Assembly (NCBI GenBank): GCA_030704615.1
Contig: CM060732.1
Span: 1,922,001 to 1,986,000 of the forward strand
Length of the DNA: 64,000 bases
Origin: Takakia lepidozioides
Taxonomy: Eukaryota; Plantae; Bryophyta
Reading direction: 5' to 3'
The notes below the pieces were generated by a model. The model saw only the letters and a program-made list of their open reading frames with translations, made no database searches and was not told the origin of the DNA. Shown one piece after another: positions 50,001-60,900 of this stretch (positions are counted from its first letter, which is position 1; each line of letters opens with the position of its first letter). A program made the position numbers and the translations under genes.

Positions 50001-53000
50001 GCCGGATGGCCTTGCCAATGACACTCTTCCGCAGGTCATGGGAATGGCTTGAATGATGCAAAATCGCATTTATTTTGGGAGATGTTGCGAGTATTGCGTG
50101 ACTTGCAGATGAGGCAAGTGCAACCTCCAGCTTACATCTTGGAGAATGTTCCTCTTATGGGGGATTCTCGGTCCAGGGTTATGGCCAGTGTGCATTAAGT
50201 GCGGTCTTGGATTGGATCGGCGGTGCTATTGGATGCAGCTGCAGTGGGGTCACAGGCACATAGGCCTAGGTTATGGTGGACCAATCTTGCACTACCAAAG
50301 TTGCTCAAGAGAGCCTATGATTCCATTCAACGGCCACCCAACCTCCCGGTCGAGGGCATTTTGGACCAAGGGAGGCAACCATAGCGACATGATGACCGTC
50401 CACCTTTAGGCGGTGGTCAATCGAGTGGGGAAGCCATGTGCGGCCTTGCCTACACTCATGAGCTTTCCCTTGTCTCATGCTTTTTGAGACAATGGTCCAG
50501 GGTTGATTTGGGACAATGTGCTACAACAGTTGGTGGAGCCCAATGTAGATGAGCGAGGGGTTTGCCACGGGTAGTACAGTTGTGCCAACTTTGTCAGAGG
50601 CATCATGCCGACAAATGTTGGGTCAAGCAATGGATCTAAATTGCTTGACATGGGTCATTGGTTTGTGCATGGATAAGCACGGAGGTTGCAGACAGTGGTG
50701 GCTACTTCTGCACTCCCATTGGTTATTGCATCCTCTCTATCAACCGGGACGGTTGAGGCAGTAAGTGGGGGCGAGCACGTGATCATGGGGTGCAAACACC
50801 CATGGCAGATGTGGGATGAGATGCGGAAAGAGAGAGTCATTGGATCTCTCAAGCAGCAGTATGAGGAGTGGGGAGAGCCATATACTGAGGATCAATTGGA
50901 GGCTAGCCAAGGTTTTTGAAGAAGTTGAGGATGTTTATTCCCCAGAGGATGTTCTCAAGGAGGCTATGGCGAGTGGAGGCTACGCCACAACCAGGGTGGG
51001 CGGACAAGGCCCAAGAGGTTGCTATCTAGCAACCAAATGATATGTTTCCTACCTCCAAGCCTGGTGTACCCAAGGTTGCAGTCACTGAGGACAATTGGGA
51101 ACCAAATGTTGGACCTACAGTTACCAGAGGAGAGAGACGGAGGATCCATCGATATCTAAGGGCTTATAGAAATTGCTTTGTCTTCAGTTTGAAGGATTTG
51201 GGGTTTGAAGTGCCAAGAGATTCGTATTGATTTGGCAAGTGACACGTCAATTTTTCAAAGGCCCTACAGGTATAGTGACATGGAGAGGTCTTTGATCCAG
51301 TCACGGACTATGGAATTGTTTGAAGCTGGATTGGTGGAGTTGTCAGGCGGGGAGTATGCCTCGGCAACGGTGATGCCAGCTTAGAAGGATATCTATGGCA
51401 ATTGGACAGAAATGAGGATGTGTGGGGACTACCGTCATGTGAACCGTTTGATGCCATTGGGCATGCCAAGGTGTTTAGCACATGGGACTTGCGATCCGGT
51501 TACCACCAGTTGCCAATCAAAGAGGCTGACAAGCAAAAGACGACATTCTGGGGGATTGACCAACATGGGAAGGATTGCTTATACTAATGGCGGTTCCTAC
51601 TGTTTGGGTTGAAAAATGCTCCTGCAGAATTTCAGAGGGTCCTGGATAGGATTCTTGCGGGGCTAGACTTCGCCCAGTGCTACATTGATGATATCATCAT
51701 CTTTAGTGCTACGGTTGAGGAGCATGAGAGACATCTTCAGGTGGTGTTTGAGCGCTTGAGAGCGCATGGGTTGAAATTGCACCCTGGGAAGTGCAAGTTC
51801 TTCCACAGCCAGATTGAGTATCTGGGCCACATGATATACCCTGGAGGATTGGGTGTTCAAAAGACGAAGGTGGAGGCCATTGTATGCATTCCACACCCCA
51901 TAGATGTTAGCAGAGTTCGTGCTTTCATGGGATTGACAAACTACTATCGAGGGTTTGTCAAAGGATTTAGCAGCATTGCAAATGTTCTTATCAAGCTGAC
52001 CAAAGTGGGTCAGGAGTGGCAGTGGGAGGAGGAGCAGGAAGAAGCCTTTGAGGAACTCAAGGCTCGATTGACTTCTGCACCTATTTTGAGGCGGCCTATT
52101 CGGGGGTAGCATTCTAGCTACATACGGATTAGAGTATGCTGGGGATTGGAGCAGTGCTCACACCTGCGGTGGATGATGAGGAAAGAGAGTTCGTAGTAGC
52201 ATATGCTAGCCGCTTGAACAATGATGCTGATGCAAAGTATAGCTCATATGAATGAGAGTGTTTAATTGCAGTTGGGGAGTGGCACATTTCAGATACTACC
52301 TCTATGACAATCTCTTCACCCTCATCATGGATCACCAACCATAGAAGTGGTTGATGGAGTCAGACAAGCTTACAGCGAATCTTGCATGGTGGGCACTTAT
52401 GCTTCAAGATTACGACTTTCAGGTGGTGCATTGAGCCGGTATAGTCAATCAATATGCGGATGGATTGAGCCGTAATCCATGTATGCATGATGATACTGGA
52501 GCTTGGTGGCATGGTGAGACGGATGAGGAGATGGTGCCAGGATGACATGCATCTGTTTTTTTGTGCATTCTAGCAATGGGAGCTCAAGCTGGTCCATCCC
52601 ATAGGATTGGTCATGTAGATGGTGTGCATGACGATCCGGAGATCAATGAGGAGCTTGGTGGTACTAAGGATGTGCATGAAGACGCAACAGTGTTGGCCTA
52701 CCTTCGTACTAGAGAGACAGTAGTCAGCGTGACTGCTAAGGAGAGAGATCGGATCTTACAACGGGCCAAGAGGTAATTCAAGTGGGAGGGGACTCACCTG
52801 CTTTGGGTATGGGAGGATGGACGAGTGAGGATTGTGCCTCATCCAACACAACGAGCGCGATTGGTACGCCATGCCCATGAGGAGTTGGGACATTTTGGGG
52901 TGCGGCGCACTCATATTGCTGCAAGGGCAGTATTGGTGGCGGGACATGCACACGGATGTGCAACAGTTAGTGGCTAGGTGCATGGTCTGTGATAGGGTGT

Positions 53001-54097
53001 GTGCTTCCTTTAATGCACCTATTCCACAATTGCATCCTTTATCCATTATAATATTAGGATATTGGTGGAGTCTTGACTTCGCGGGACCATTGTCACTGAC
53101 GATGCGCCACAACAAGTATGTGCTGGTGATGGTGTAACACTTCTCCAAATGGATTGAGCTGGTGCCATTGCCTGACAAGGCAAGTGAGGGGGCAGCGTAT
53201 GCATTCTTAGATCGAGTGCTTAACCAATTTGGTGCTCCAGCCGAGGTACTCACGGACCAGGGGAGAGAGTTCTTGGGGGAGTTTCAGGCTTTGTGTAAGC
53301 AAGCCTCGATCACCGCACTACTTCTCGGGATCATCCCGAGGTTGATGGCTTGGCGGAGAGAGTTGTTCAAATAGTCAAGAGGGGTTTGCGCAAGTACATT
53401 TTGTAGAAGGGACACATGGGAGATTGGGATCTTTGGTTGCCTGGGTTGGCTATGGGCTATAGGTTCAGCAAACAAGCATCAGTTGCGTCCTTCTCACCTT
53501 ACTTTCTTCTCTTCGGCCGAGAGCCTGATTTGCCTGCAGGCTGCCGGAATCCTCAACCTTGATGATTCGGATGTGTGGACACAAGCATGTGATCAGCGGG
53601 CAAAATTGTTCAAGAGAGTCATGCCTATGGCTTTTGAGAACCTTGCTATTATCCAACACCGAGACACATTGAGGTATGTCACTATACGTGGAGGAGGATA
53701 TCGACCGGTTGTTCGGAGATTCAACCCTGGGGACTATCTGTATCTGCAGCAGACAACACCTACAACCTTGGATGTCACATCAGGACGTGTGATTCTAAGA
53801 GTCAGGGAGGTGTTGCTTTTAAGAGTGTTGATTCTGGAGGGTCGAGATGACATGGTATGGAAGGACCACGTGCACAATTGTGCGCCATGTCACCTTCCAA
53901 ATGTGGATGGGAGGATAGACCCCAACCTTGTAGTGGTACTTGCAGGGTTGCGTTGCATGTTATGTGGGCATGCTGGTGGTGCTGCAACCATGTTGGTGTG
54001 TGACAAATGCTCAAGGGGGTGGCACATGGGATGTTTAACACCATCATTTGAGGAGGTTCCTAGCGGAGAATGGTTGTGTCCACGATGCCTTGGATAG
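47059..54097 (+). pseudogene. gag-PR-DNMT-RT-RH-IN-PHD polyprotein, heavily decayed
   Basis: Domains in colinear order across many short ORFs, with stops and frameshifts. Confidence 0.88.
49780..50660 (+). pseudogene. DNMT3-like C5 cytosine methyltransferase domain within pol
   Basis: Motif I LLDPFGGMSTG; II YLYVEKD; IV IDLVIAGWPCQ (49986-50018); VI YILENVP (ENV at 50142-50150); VIII DAAAVGSQAHRPRLWWTNL; IX/X EPNVDER..GF..RQMLGQAMD. Confidence 0.9.
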
Positions 54098-54346
54098 AGG
54101 TAATGGGCATAACAATGGAGAGGTTGACAAGTGATCCAAGGTCTAGCTGGTGTGAGCTCAACGCCATGGATACTGGATGGCAAGCAGGCGACTAACGATG
54201 GGGCTCTCTTTGCACCCGGCCTCTTGATCCATAGACTTTAGAAAATTGGGACATGTGCAATTGAAGACCCAACGATGATCTCATTGGGATGGATACTTGT
54301 CAGCTATCCGGTGTTAGAGGGACCTAATCACCAGCTAGGGGGCGAT

Positions 54347-54920
54347 TGTGGCATAGCTTTCTAGGATTGTGTGCTTAGAATGTGTGGTGGACAACGATGT
54401 ATGTTGTGGCACGATGCTTAGGTGCACGACAGCTGTCATGGTTTTAGTCATGGTTAACTAGAATTACCTACTTCTAGTTAATTATGACATTTTGGATATT
54501 TATATTTGTATTTGGTGTGTTGGGACTTCATTTGGTCTCATATGTCAAGTGAGGTGTCAAGCCTCACTTGGGACATGGGGATGGGTTTTCCCCTTGTGAG
54601 TGTTGAGGAAGGCTCATGTTCTTGAGTTGAGCCTCCATGAGCCTCTCTCACCTCCACAGCTCTAGGTATTGAAAGGGAGTGTGTTGATGGCTTTGTAGGA
54701 TGGATTCTTTTAGCAAAGGTGCCCTTGGCTTGACTTAGTTCACTTGGAAGGACTAGGGCTTGTTCTTAGTGTGATTGCTTCATGCTTTGAGAGCTTTCAT
54801 TGTCTTCCACTTCTCTCATTTCTCATCTCTTATATTGTGGCATAGCTTTCTAGGATTGTGTACTTAGAATGTGTGGTAGACAACAATGTATGTTGTGGCA
54901 CGATGCTTAGGTGCACGACA
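54347..54920 (+). repeat. 3' LTR of C2 (574 bp) bounded by an 85-bp direct repeat
   Basis: TGTGGCATAG...GTGCACGACA at both 54347-54431 and 54836-54920; follows the PPT. Confidence 0.8.
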
Positions 54921-54928
54921 CGTCTTTT

Positions 54929-55251
54929 CACTACTGCAAAGGGGGGGGGTTGCGACGCCCCGCCGTTGGCGGGCCCGGGCGGGAACGCGTCGCGCCGCCT
55001 CTTATGACATTGCATCATCGTAGTCGTCGAGGTTTGCGACGTCAGGGCGTCGCAGCCCCAGCGCATAGCTGCGGCAACCCCAGTGTCGGGTGTCCCCAGC
55101 GACGTCCCGCCGTCGCAAGATGCGACGCCGGAGGGTCGCAATGTTTTTTTTTTTTGTTTTTTGTTTTTGGGTGCATTGCGATCCCCTGGTGTTGCAAAAG
55201 CGTCGCTGGGGGCTGCCCGCACTGGGGCGCCCGACGCTGGGGGGTCACAAC
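54929..55251. mobile_element. Left end of a CACTA element
   Basis: CACTACTGCAAA followed by TGCGACG/GTCGCA subterminal repeats in both orientations; partner end not found. Confidence 0.65.
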
Positions 55252-55670
55252 CAGCGTTGTGCGGGTTCTGCCTTTTTAAAGAACCCGCCGGGTCCGGGTT
55301 CGGGTTTTTTTTTGGAGCCAAGTCCAGGTCCGGGTTTGTCAACACGGACTCGGGTTAGGGAAATATTAGCGGGTTCACGGGTTCGGATCCGAGTCCTAAT
55401 TAATTGATTAAATAAATTAGAAAAATAAGATTAATTAGGGATAAAATTATTTTTGTCTGGAAAAAACTTTAAATCCTAATAATGAATTTTATTTTAAGAG
55501 ACATTCCTTCAAATAATACCATGAATATGTATTGCTCATTTAACACAAGAATTAAAATATAAGTTTGAGTTCTATTTTCCTATTTTTCAATATCAATTCT
55601 TTAAACATGTTAAGAATAGTAATATGCCTCAAGGATAGATCACTATAGCATGGATGTGTGGGATCTGGCC

Positions 55671-55810
55671 TAATAATAATATAAGATGCCTCCTTTGGGA
55701 GGTGTAAATTATGGTCCCATAGGGCACAACTTTGTGACATCACGCCGTGGATTGAACCCACAACCGCTTTTGAGGTGTACCACTGGGCTACAACGTGGTG
55801 GGGCTGGTTG
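55671..55810 (-). mobile_element. tRNA-derived SINE-like copy
   Basis: A box TAGCCCAGTGG (55780-55790), B box GGTTCAATCC (55749-55758), 3' end similar to the 58487-58660 SINE, (TTA)n tail. No clear TSD. Confidence 0.6.
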
Positions 55811-56977
55811 CTGCACTGGGATCTCCTTAGAAGGAACTTGAAAGAAATCTTGATATGTATATATATACTTAGAATGCTTTTGTGATATATAGATGTATCG
55901 TAGACGTCTTGGTTAATCTGTAGTGTCTTAGAAATGTTATAACGTGGAGGTCCTAGGTTCAAATATGCATTGTCTAATATATATAAAACAATGAACGTAC
56001 TGCCGTTGGACAAGAGTCAATGGTCAACAAGTTTTTGAAATTCAAAATTCAAATTCAAATTCAAATTTTGAAGTTCAATTTTTTCCACCTAAATTCAAAT
56101 GTACCCTCCTAATTAACTGCGACCCCCGGACGTTTGCTAATGCGGCATCGCAGAGAAAGATTTTTTTTTAATTAATTTATTTCGTCATTTATTCATAACA
56201 CTTTCATTTCACTATAATCCTTCCTGGAGCATATATAAGGGAGTAGGGTCACCAAGCTCCTCACTTCTTTTGGCGCAAACACTTGAGGTTGCTTTGGATG
56301 TTCTCTTCCATTGAACGAGAGTGTAGCCCAAGAGGAGGGTGCGCATTTTTTGCCGTTGTGGCTTCCACCAAAGCTACATCAGCATATTGTGTATAAACTC
56401 AACACTACAACCGACATCGACCCACTTGGGTTGGTGACAGGTGTAGAAGTGTTGGGCTATCGCATTGCATTCTACATTCACAACACGTTCATTTACAGGT
56501 GACTCTTTTTTATTGCTTACATCGCTAGGGCCCAGGGAAGTGGATATTGGGTGAAGATGATGGAGGAATGGAGCCCTTGGTATACGGTAATCCCGAACAC
56601 TGTCAGTGTCACTGGTACAACCTATGTGGATTGAAGTTTTCTTATTGTAAGGATCGGCTCGATCACCTCGGCTATAGAGATGTGAAGAGCGCCGGGGTGG
56701 GTTTATGCCCTAAAGCATATATGCGGGTAAAAAGCCACTTTGCCAAGTATGGAGGCAATATTCCAATGTCTCTGGATCTAGACATGACCTCTGAGCAGAA
56801 CACTCCATCTTCCCATCAGGATGCCCCAATTAGTACCCAAGGCGACTTTGTGAGGCTTCAGGTGTCATTGGACAAGTGGGTTGTGCCGGAGTAACACCTG
56901 CCTCAACACCTCTTTGTACCCCTACACTTCAACGGAGTAGAGGATTACGGCAGCAATCCATGCAGGAAGGTCTTAAC

Positions 56978-57799
56978 CAGTGTTGGGCGGTTCTTGCATT
57001 TGTGAAGGAACCTTCGGTTACGGTTCCACAATTATTTCAAGAGTCGGTTCCGGATCCGGTTCCAGTTTTTTTTTATTGAGTGGTTCCGGTCCGGTTCTGG
57101 ATCCAACTTTTAAACATGGGGGCGGTTCCGGTTACCGGTTAGTTGCTGATAAAAACCATCGGTTCCCGGTTAGGTTCCGGTTCTATTTTAAAAATATATT
57201 TGTTTAATTTAATTAGATTTAAAATATTTTATCTCAGTCCGGTAGATTAAATAGCAGTGTATTCACATATTTGAACTAAAATCCAACGATTTTGTTAGTT
57301 TTCACTAACACAAAAAAACAAACAAAAATACTCTAAATAAACTGGTAGAAGAAAATGGGTAAAATTTTATGGGTTGAAAGTACTATTCAGCTACCTGGCA
57401 AGTATTGGCATCTTCAAACATTTTATTGATGAACTTAGCCAGGATATCATGGAGCTGGAGATTGAGCCCAAGATCTCATGGCGCTAAAGCATTGAACATA
57501 GAATCTCATGGCCTTCAAGCATTGAACCCAGGATCTCAGGAGCTTGAGAGCATTAAATAAGTTTTGCCCTGGGCCACCAACCCCACCAAGGGGTCAAGAA
57601 CCGGAACCTGTTTTTATCCCCCTGCGCCCCGGTTCTCCGGTTCTCACACCCAGCAGGAACCGCCGGTTCGGTTCTGCGCCGATCCCCATTGACAGGTTCC
57701 AGTTCCGGGTCAGGTTTTGTAGGAATGGGTCCGGTTCCGGTTAACCTGAACCTGAACCGGCGGTTAACCTGGGTCCCGGCGGGTAACCGCCCAACACTG
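56978..57799. mobile_element. Non-autonomous hAT element (MITE), 822 bp
   Basis: 15-bp TIR CAGTGTTGGGCGGTT / AACCGCCCAACACTG; 8-bp TSD GTCTTAAC at 56970-56977 and 57800-57807; CCGGTT subterminal repeats. Confidence 0.95.
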
Positions 57800-58486
57800 G
57801 TCTTAACTTATCTGCGAAAAGACAGTTAGATAAAAAATGGGCGGAGTTTTTCTTCGAGGCCAACATACCATTTAATGTGGCAAGGCTTCTGACATTTGTT
57901 TTTGCCGTTAGAGCAACATCGGAGTCCAGATCCACGTACATGCCTCCGACTTATCACAATCTCTGCACATGATTGCTAGAAGACGCCATGACCGAGCTAC
58001 CCAAAAGGTCAACGATAGGACATGCGAGTGCATCAGAAAATATGGAAGCACTATATGTGCCGATGGTTGGAGTTCTGTTACAAACAAACCATTGTTCAAT
58101 GTCATGCTCGTATGTCCAGCTGGGGAACAATTCTTGGGATCGGTCGACACTAGTGGCGAGAAGAAAGATGGACGTTATCAATACCAACTATTGATGGACT
58201 TCATCGAACAGGTTGGAAGTGATAGAATCGTGCAAATATGCACAAACAATGCCGCTAACAAGAGAAACACTGCAGACATGTTGTTGGCACGTTATCCCCA
58301 TATGTACTATCAAGGTTGTGCTACTCATATCATTGACATCTTTTTGGAAGATTGGGGAAAAAAATGAGATGCATACATACGGACATTGCGAGACTCCAGA
58401 AAAGCCAAGTCATTGGGCAAAAGTCGAAAAGTTCGGAACAACATTCGCAGCGATGATTTCTGGAAGAAATGTGAAAACTTTGTTTA

Positions 58487-58660
58487 AAAAATATGACGCC
58501 TCCCGAAGGGACCGTAACTTATGGTGTCACTTCACCACAATGGCTATTACCTTCCAGCTGAAAGGTGGACACCTTCATGACACACCAGACTGTGGTTTGA
58601 ACCCACAACCACATCCAACGTGATATGTGCCCATTACCACTGGGCTACATGCTGGTTGTC
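58487..58660 (-). mobile_element. tRNA-derived SINE, 174 bp
   Basis: 12-bp TSD AAACTTTGTTTA (58475-58486, 58661-58672); A box 58637-58647; B box GGTTCAAACC 58594-58603; oligo-T 3' end. Confidence 0.88.
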
Positions 58661-59172
58661 AAACTTTGTTTATATGGTAGAGTCGGTGTTAATCGTCTTG
58701 CGGGAGTTTGATGGAAAGCAACCAGTAATGGGCAAGGCCTGGTTACTAATGCAAAATCTTGAGAAACACATCTAATCCCTGAGGCATCCTCCCTTCTCCT
58801 TGGAACCTGAACTTGCGGACAGTGCTTCGGATGCATTTTACGACCGTCATTCGATGGTTCGAACAGACTTGCATTATGCGGGGGCTTTGCTCAATCCATT
58901 CTTGCTCGACAATACCATACTCCGAGACGACGCTGATGCCAAGGCCGATCTCATGCGAGTGCTCATGCGACTGGATCCGCCAAACATGACAGAGATAACT
59001 ATATCCGAGTACCAATGCTTCTCAGATCGCCGCGACCCTTTTGAGGACATGCCGGATCCAAAAGAACTCAATATGTTGTCACATGAATGGTGGGATTTAA
59101 TTGGAGCTGGAGCAAGAACATTGGCTCCCATTGCGAAGCGTATTCTTGCCCAAATGTGCTCTGCCTCATCTT

Positions 59173-60900
59173 GCAACGCCGCATTTTGGCCTATAGGGGG
59201 TAGAGAAAAAAAAATCCAAAAATTTTTTTTTCCTTGTTTTTTCTAGCTCTACCCGTTGGATGGAAATGCGGTGCCGCATTTCCGACCACAGGGGGTGGCG
59301 GGAAGAAAAAACCAGATTTTTTATTTTATTTTATTTTATTCTATAGTCATCGTCGTTGGATAGAAATGCGGCGCCACATTTCCAGAAGGCAATGGGTGTA
59401 TGGCAGGTGGGACGGAAATGCGGTGCCACTGTCATGGAGGCAAGGGTAACTAGTAGTGGCGACTGAAATGCGGCATTTCCGTCCCAAGGAAGGGTAACGG
59501 TAGTGGGGACGGCCGAATGCGGCACCGCATTTGCGTCCCCACTGTTATGAATGCAAGGTCTTCTGGCAGTCCGGACGGAAAAGCGGCACTGCATTTTCGT
59601 CCCCACTGTAGTGAAGGCAAGGTCCAATGGCAGTCGGGACGGAAATGCGACACCGCATTTCCGTCCGTCCCCACTGTCATGAAGGCAAGATCCAATGGCA
59701 GTCCGGACGGAAATGCGGCACCGAATTTCCGTCCCCAATGTCATGAAGGAAGGGTCTCAGGGCAGTCTGGACGGAAATGCGAAACCAATTTTCCGTCCCC
59801 ACTGTCATGAAGGCAAGGGTGTATAGTAGGTGGGACGGAAATGCGGTGCCGCATTCGTCCTACTATTATGGAGGCAAGAGTAACTGGTAATGGGGACTGA
59901 AATGCAGCACCGCTTATCCGTCCCCACTGTCATGAAAGCAAGGTCTAATGGCAGTCCGGACAGAAATGCGGCACCGCATTGCCATCCCCTCTGTCATGAA
60001 GGCAAGGGTGTATGGCTGTCCGAATGGATATGTGGTGCGGCATTTCTGTCCCATTGTCATGAAGGCAACGGTAAGTGGTAGTGGGGACGACCGTCCCCAC
60101 CGCAAGCTCGAATGGCAGTCCGCCCACCTCACTTCCCCAAAATCCACTGAAGGGGTACATGTTGATGGCAGCCTGGACGAAAATGCATCGTCGGAGTTCC
60201 GTCCCCTTGACATCCACCCATACTCGCTCCTCGGTGGATCAAATTCGGTGTCAGTCTGCGGCACCCCTTATGAGACAAGTATTCTGCAATTTGAGTGATA
60301 CACGACAACATTGTGGATAGATGATAAGAAGGAACCCAGTTGGGGCTGTCCCTGCTCCTGCTTTCACGGGAAGATTTGACCATGCAAAGTTTGCGGAGGC
60401 GACGACGACCCAGTTCTGGTTCTGTAGGCATGACATTACGATTTGTGTCTATGGAACAACGGGCATGGAAACCAACCTACACAGGGGAATCTTCAACCTC
60501 CCACCCGGGGCAAGCATACTTTGCACCGCAAGCTGAGAGTTCACCTTTTGACCCCCCAACATCTCAACGGCTTTGCTTTCATAGAACTCATCGTCCACAT
60601 CAGCAATGATCTCTTTCCCCTCCCCCGAAGGGTTCTCATCCGCCACCCTTTGCATCTTCTCCTGCAGGGTTGTTCATTCAAATTGATATAAGAGAGAGGC
60701 AAGAAACGATGGTGTTTTGAGCATTGCAGACAGGCCCTGTGTGGCCCAATTTCACATCAGAAAACAAGCAGAGAGGGGGCCAAAAACAGTGTGCATTGCC
60801 GCACACTGTTTGAGCTTCCAATAATGGGTGATTTGAACATGGCACACTGGCCCTCAGTGGCCGATTTTCAAATAAAAAAACAAGCAGAATACGGAAAACG
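59173..60900. mobile_element. Chimeric remnant of the same MULE group (palindrome array, transposase piece, 5' end of the minus-strand partner gene, one 36-bp palindrome)
   Basis: ~60295-60455 encodes MIRRNPVGAVPAPAFTGRF..FWFCRHDI, homologous to ~31060-31218. A palindrome of copy 1 type lies at ~60782-60815. ORF 60449..60655 (-) ends KIPLCRLVSMPVV. Confidence 0.75.
59255..60050. repeat. Array of palindrome GGACGGAAATGCGG-(CA/TG)-CCGCATTTCCGTCC, mostly 64-bp period
   Basis: Units at 59573, 59637, 59705, 59769, 59833, 59894 and 59958, plus looser copies upstream. Confidence 0.9.

Larger units (their letters stand above)
46312..54920 (+). mobile_element. Ty3/gypsy copy C2 carrying a C5 DNA methyltransferase and a PHD-tipped integrase; 5' LTR not found, start approximate
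   Basis: Gag, CCHC knuckle CGHCGKYGHEEAHC, protease LLDSGAQ, methyltransferase, RT DLRSGYHQ/YIDD, RNase H, integrase SLDFAGP/TDQGREF, PHD, PPT AGGGGGCGAT, LTR TG..CA. Confidence 0.88.
55252..59172 (+). mobile_element. Decayed hAT transposon, right end missing
   Basis: Probable terminus CAGCGTTGTGCGGGTT with CGGGTT/CGGGTC subterminal repeats; transposase remnant downstream. Confidence 0.7.
56547..59172 (+). pseudogene. hAT transposase (BED-like remnant, DUF659-type core, hATC dimerisation start)
   Basis: FFEANIPFNVA, TICADGWS, IVQICTNNAAN, GCATHIIDIFLED, LHYAGALLNP, EWWDLIG..RILAQMCSASSC. The frame is restored when the MITE and SINE are removed. Confidence 0.88.

Noticed and set aside
42703-54940. 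The two CACTA ends as one element
   Set aside because: They face away from each other and have different terminal and subterminal sequences.
58590-58650. tRNA gene
   Set aside because: Only A and B boxes are present, with no convincing cloverleaf; the TSD and tail indicate a SINE.
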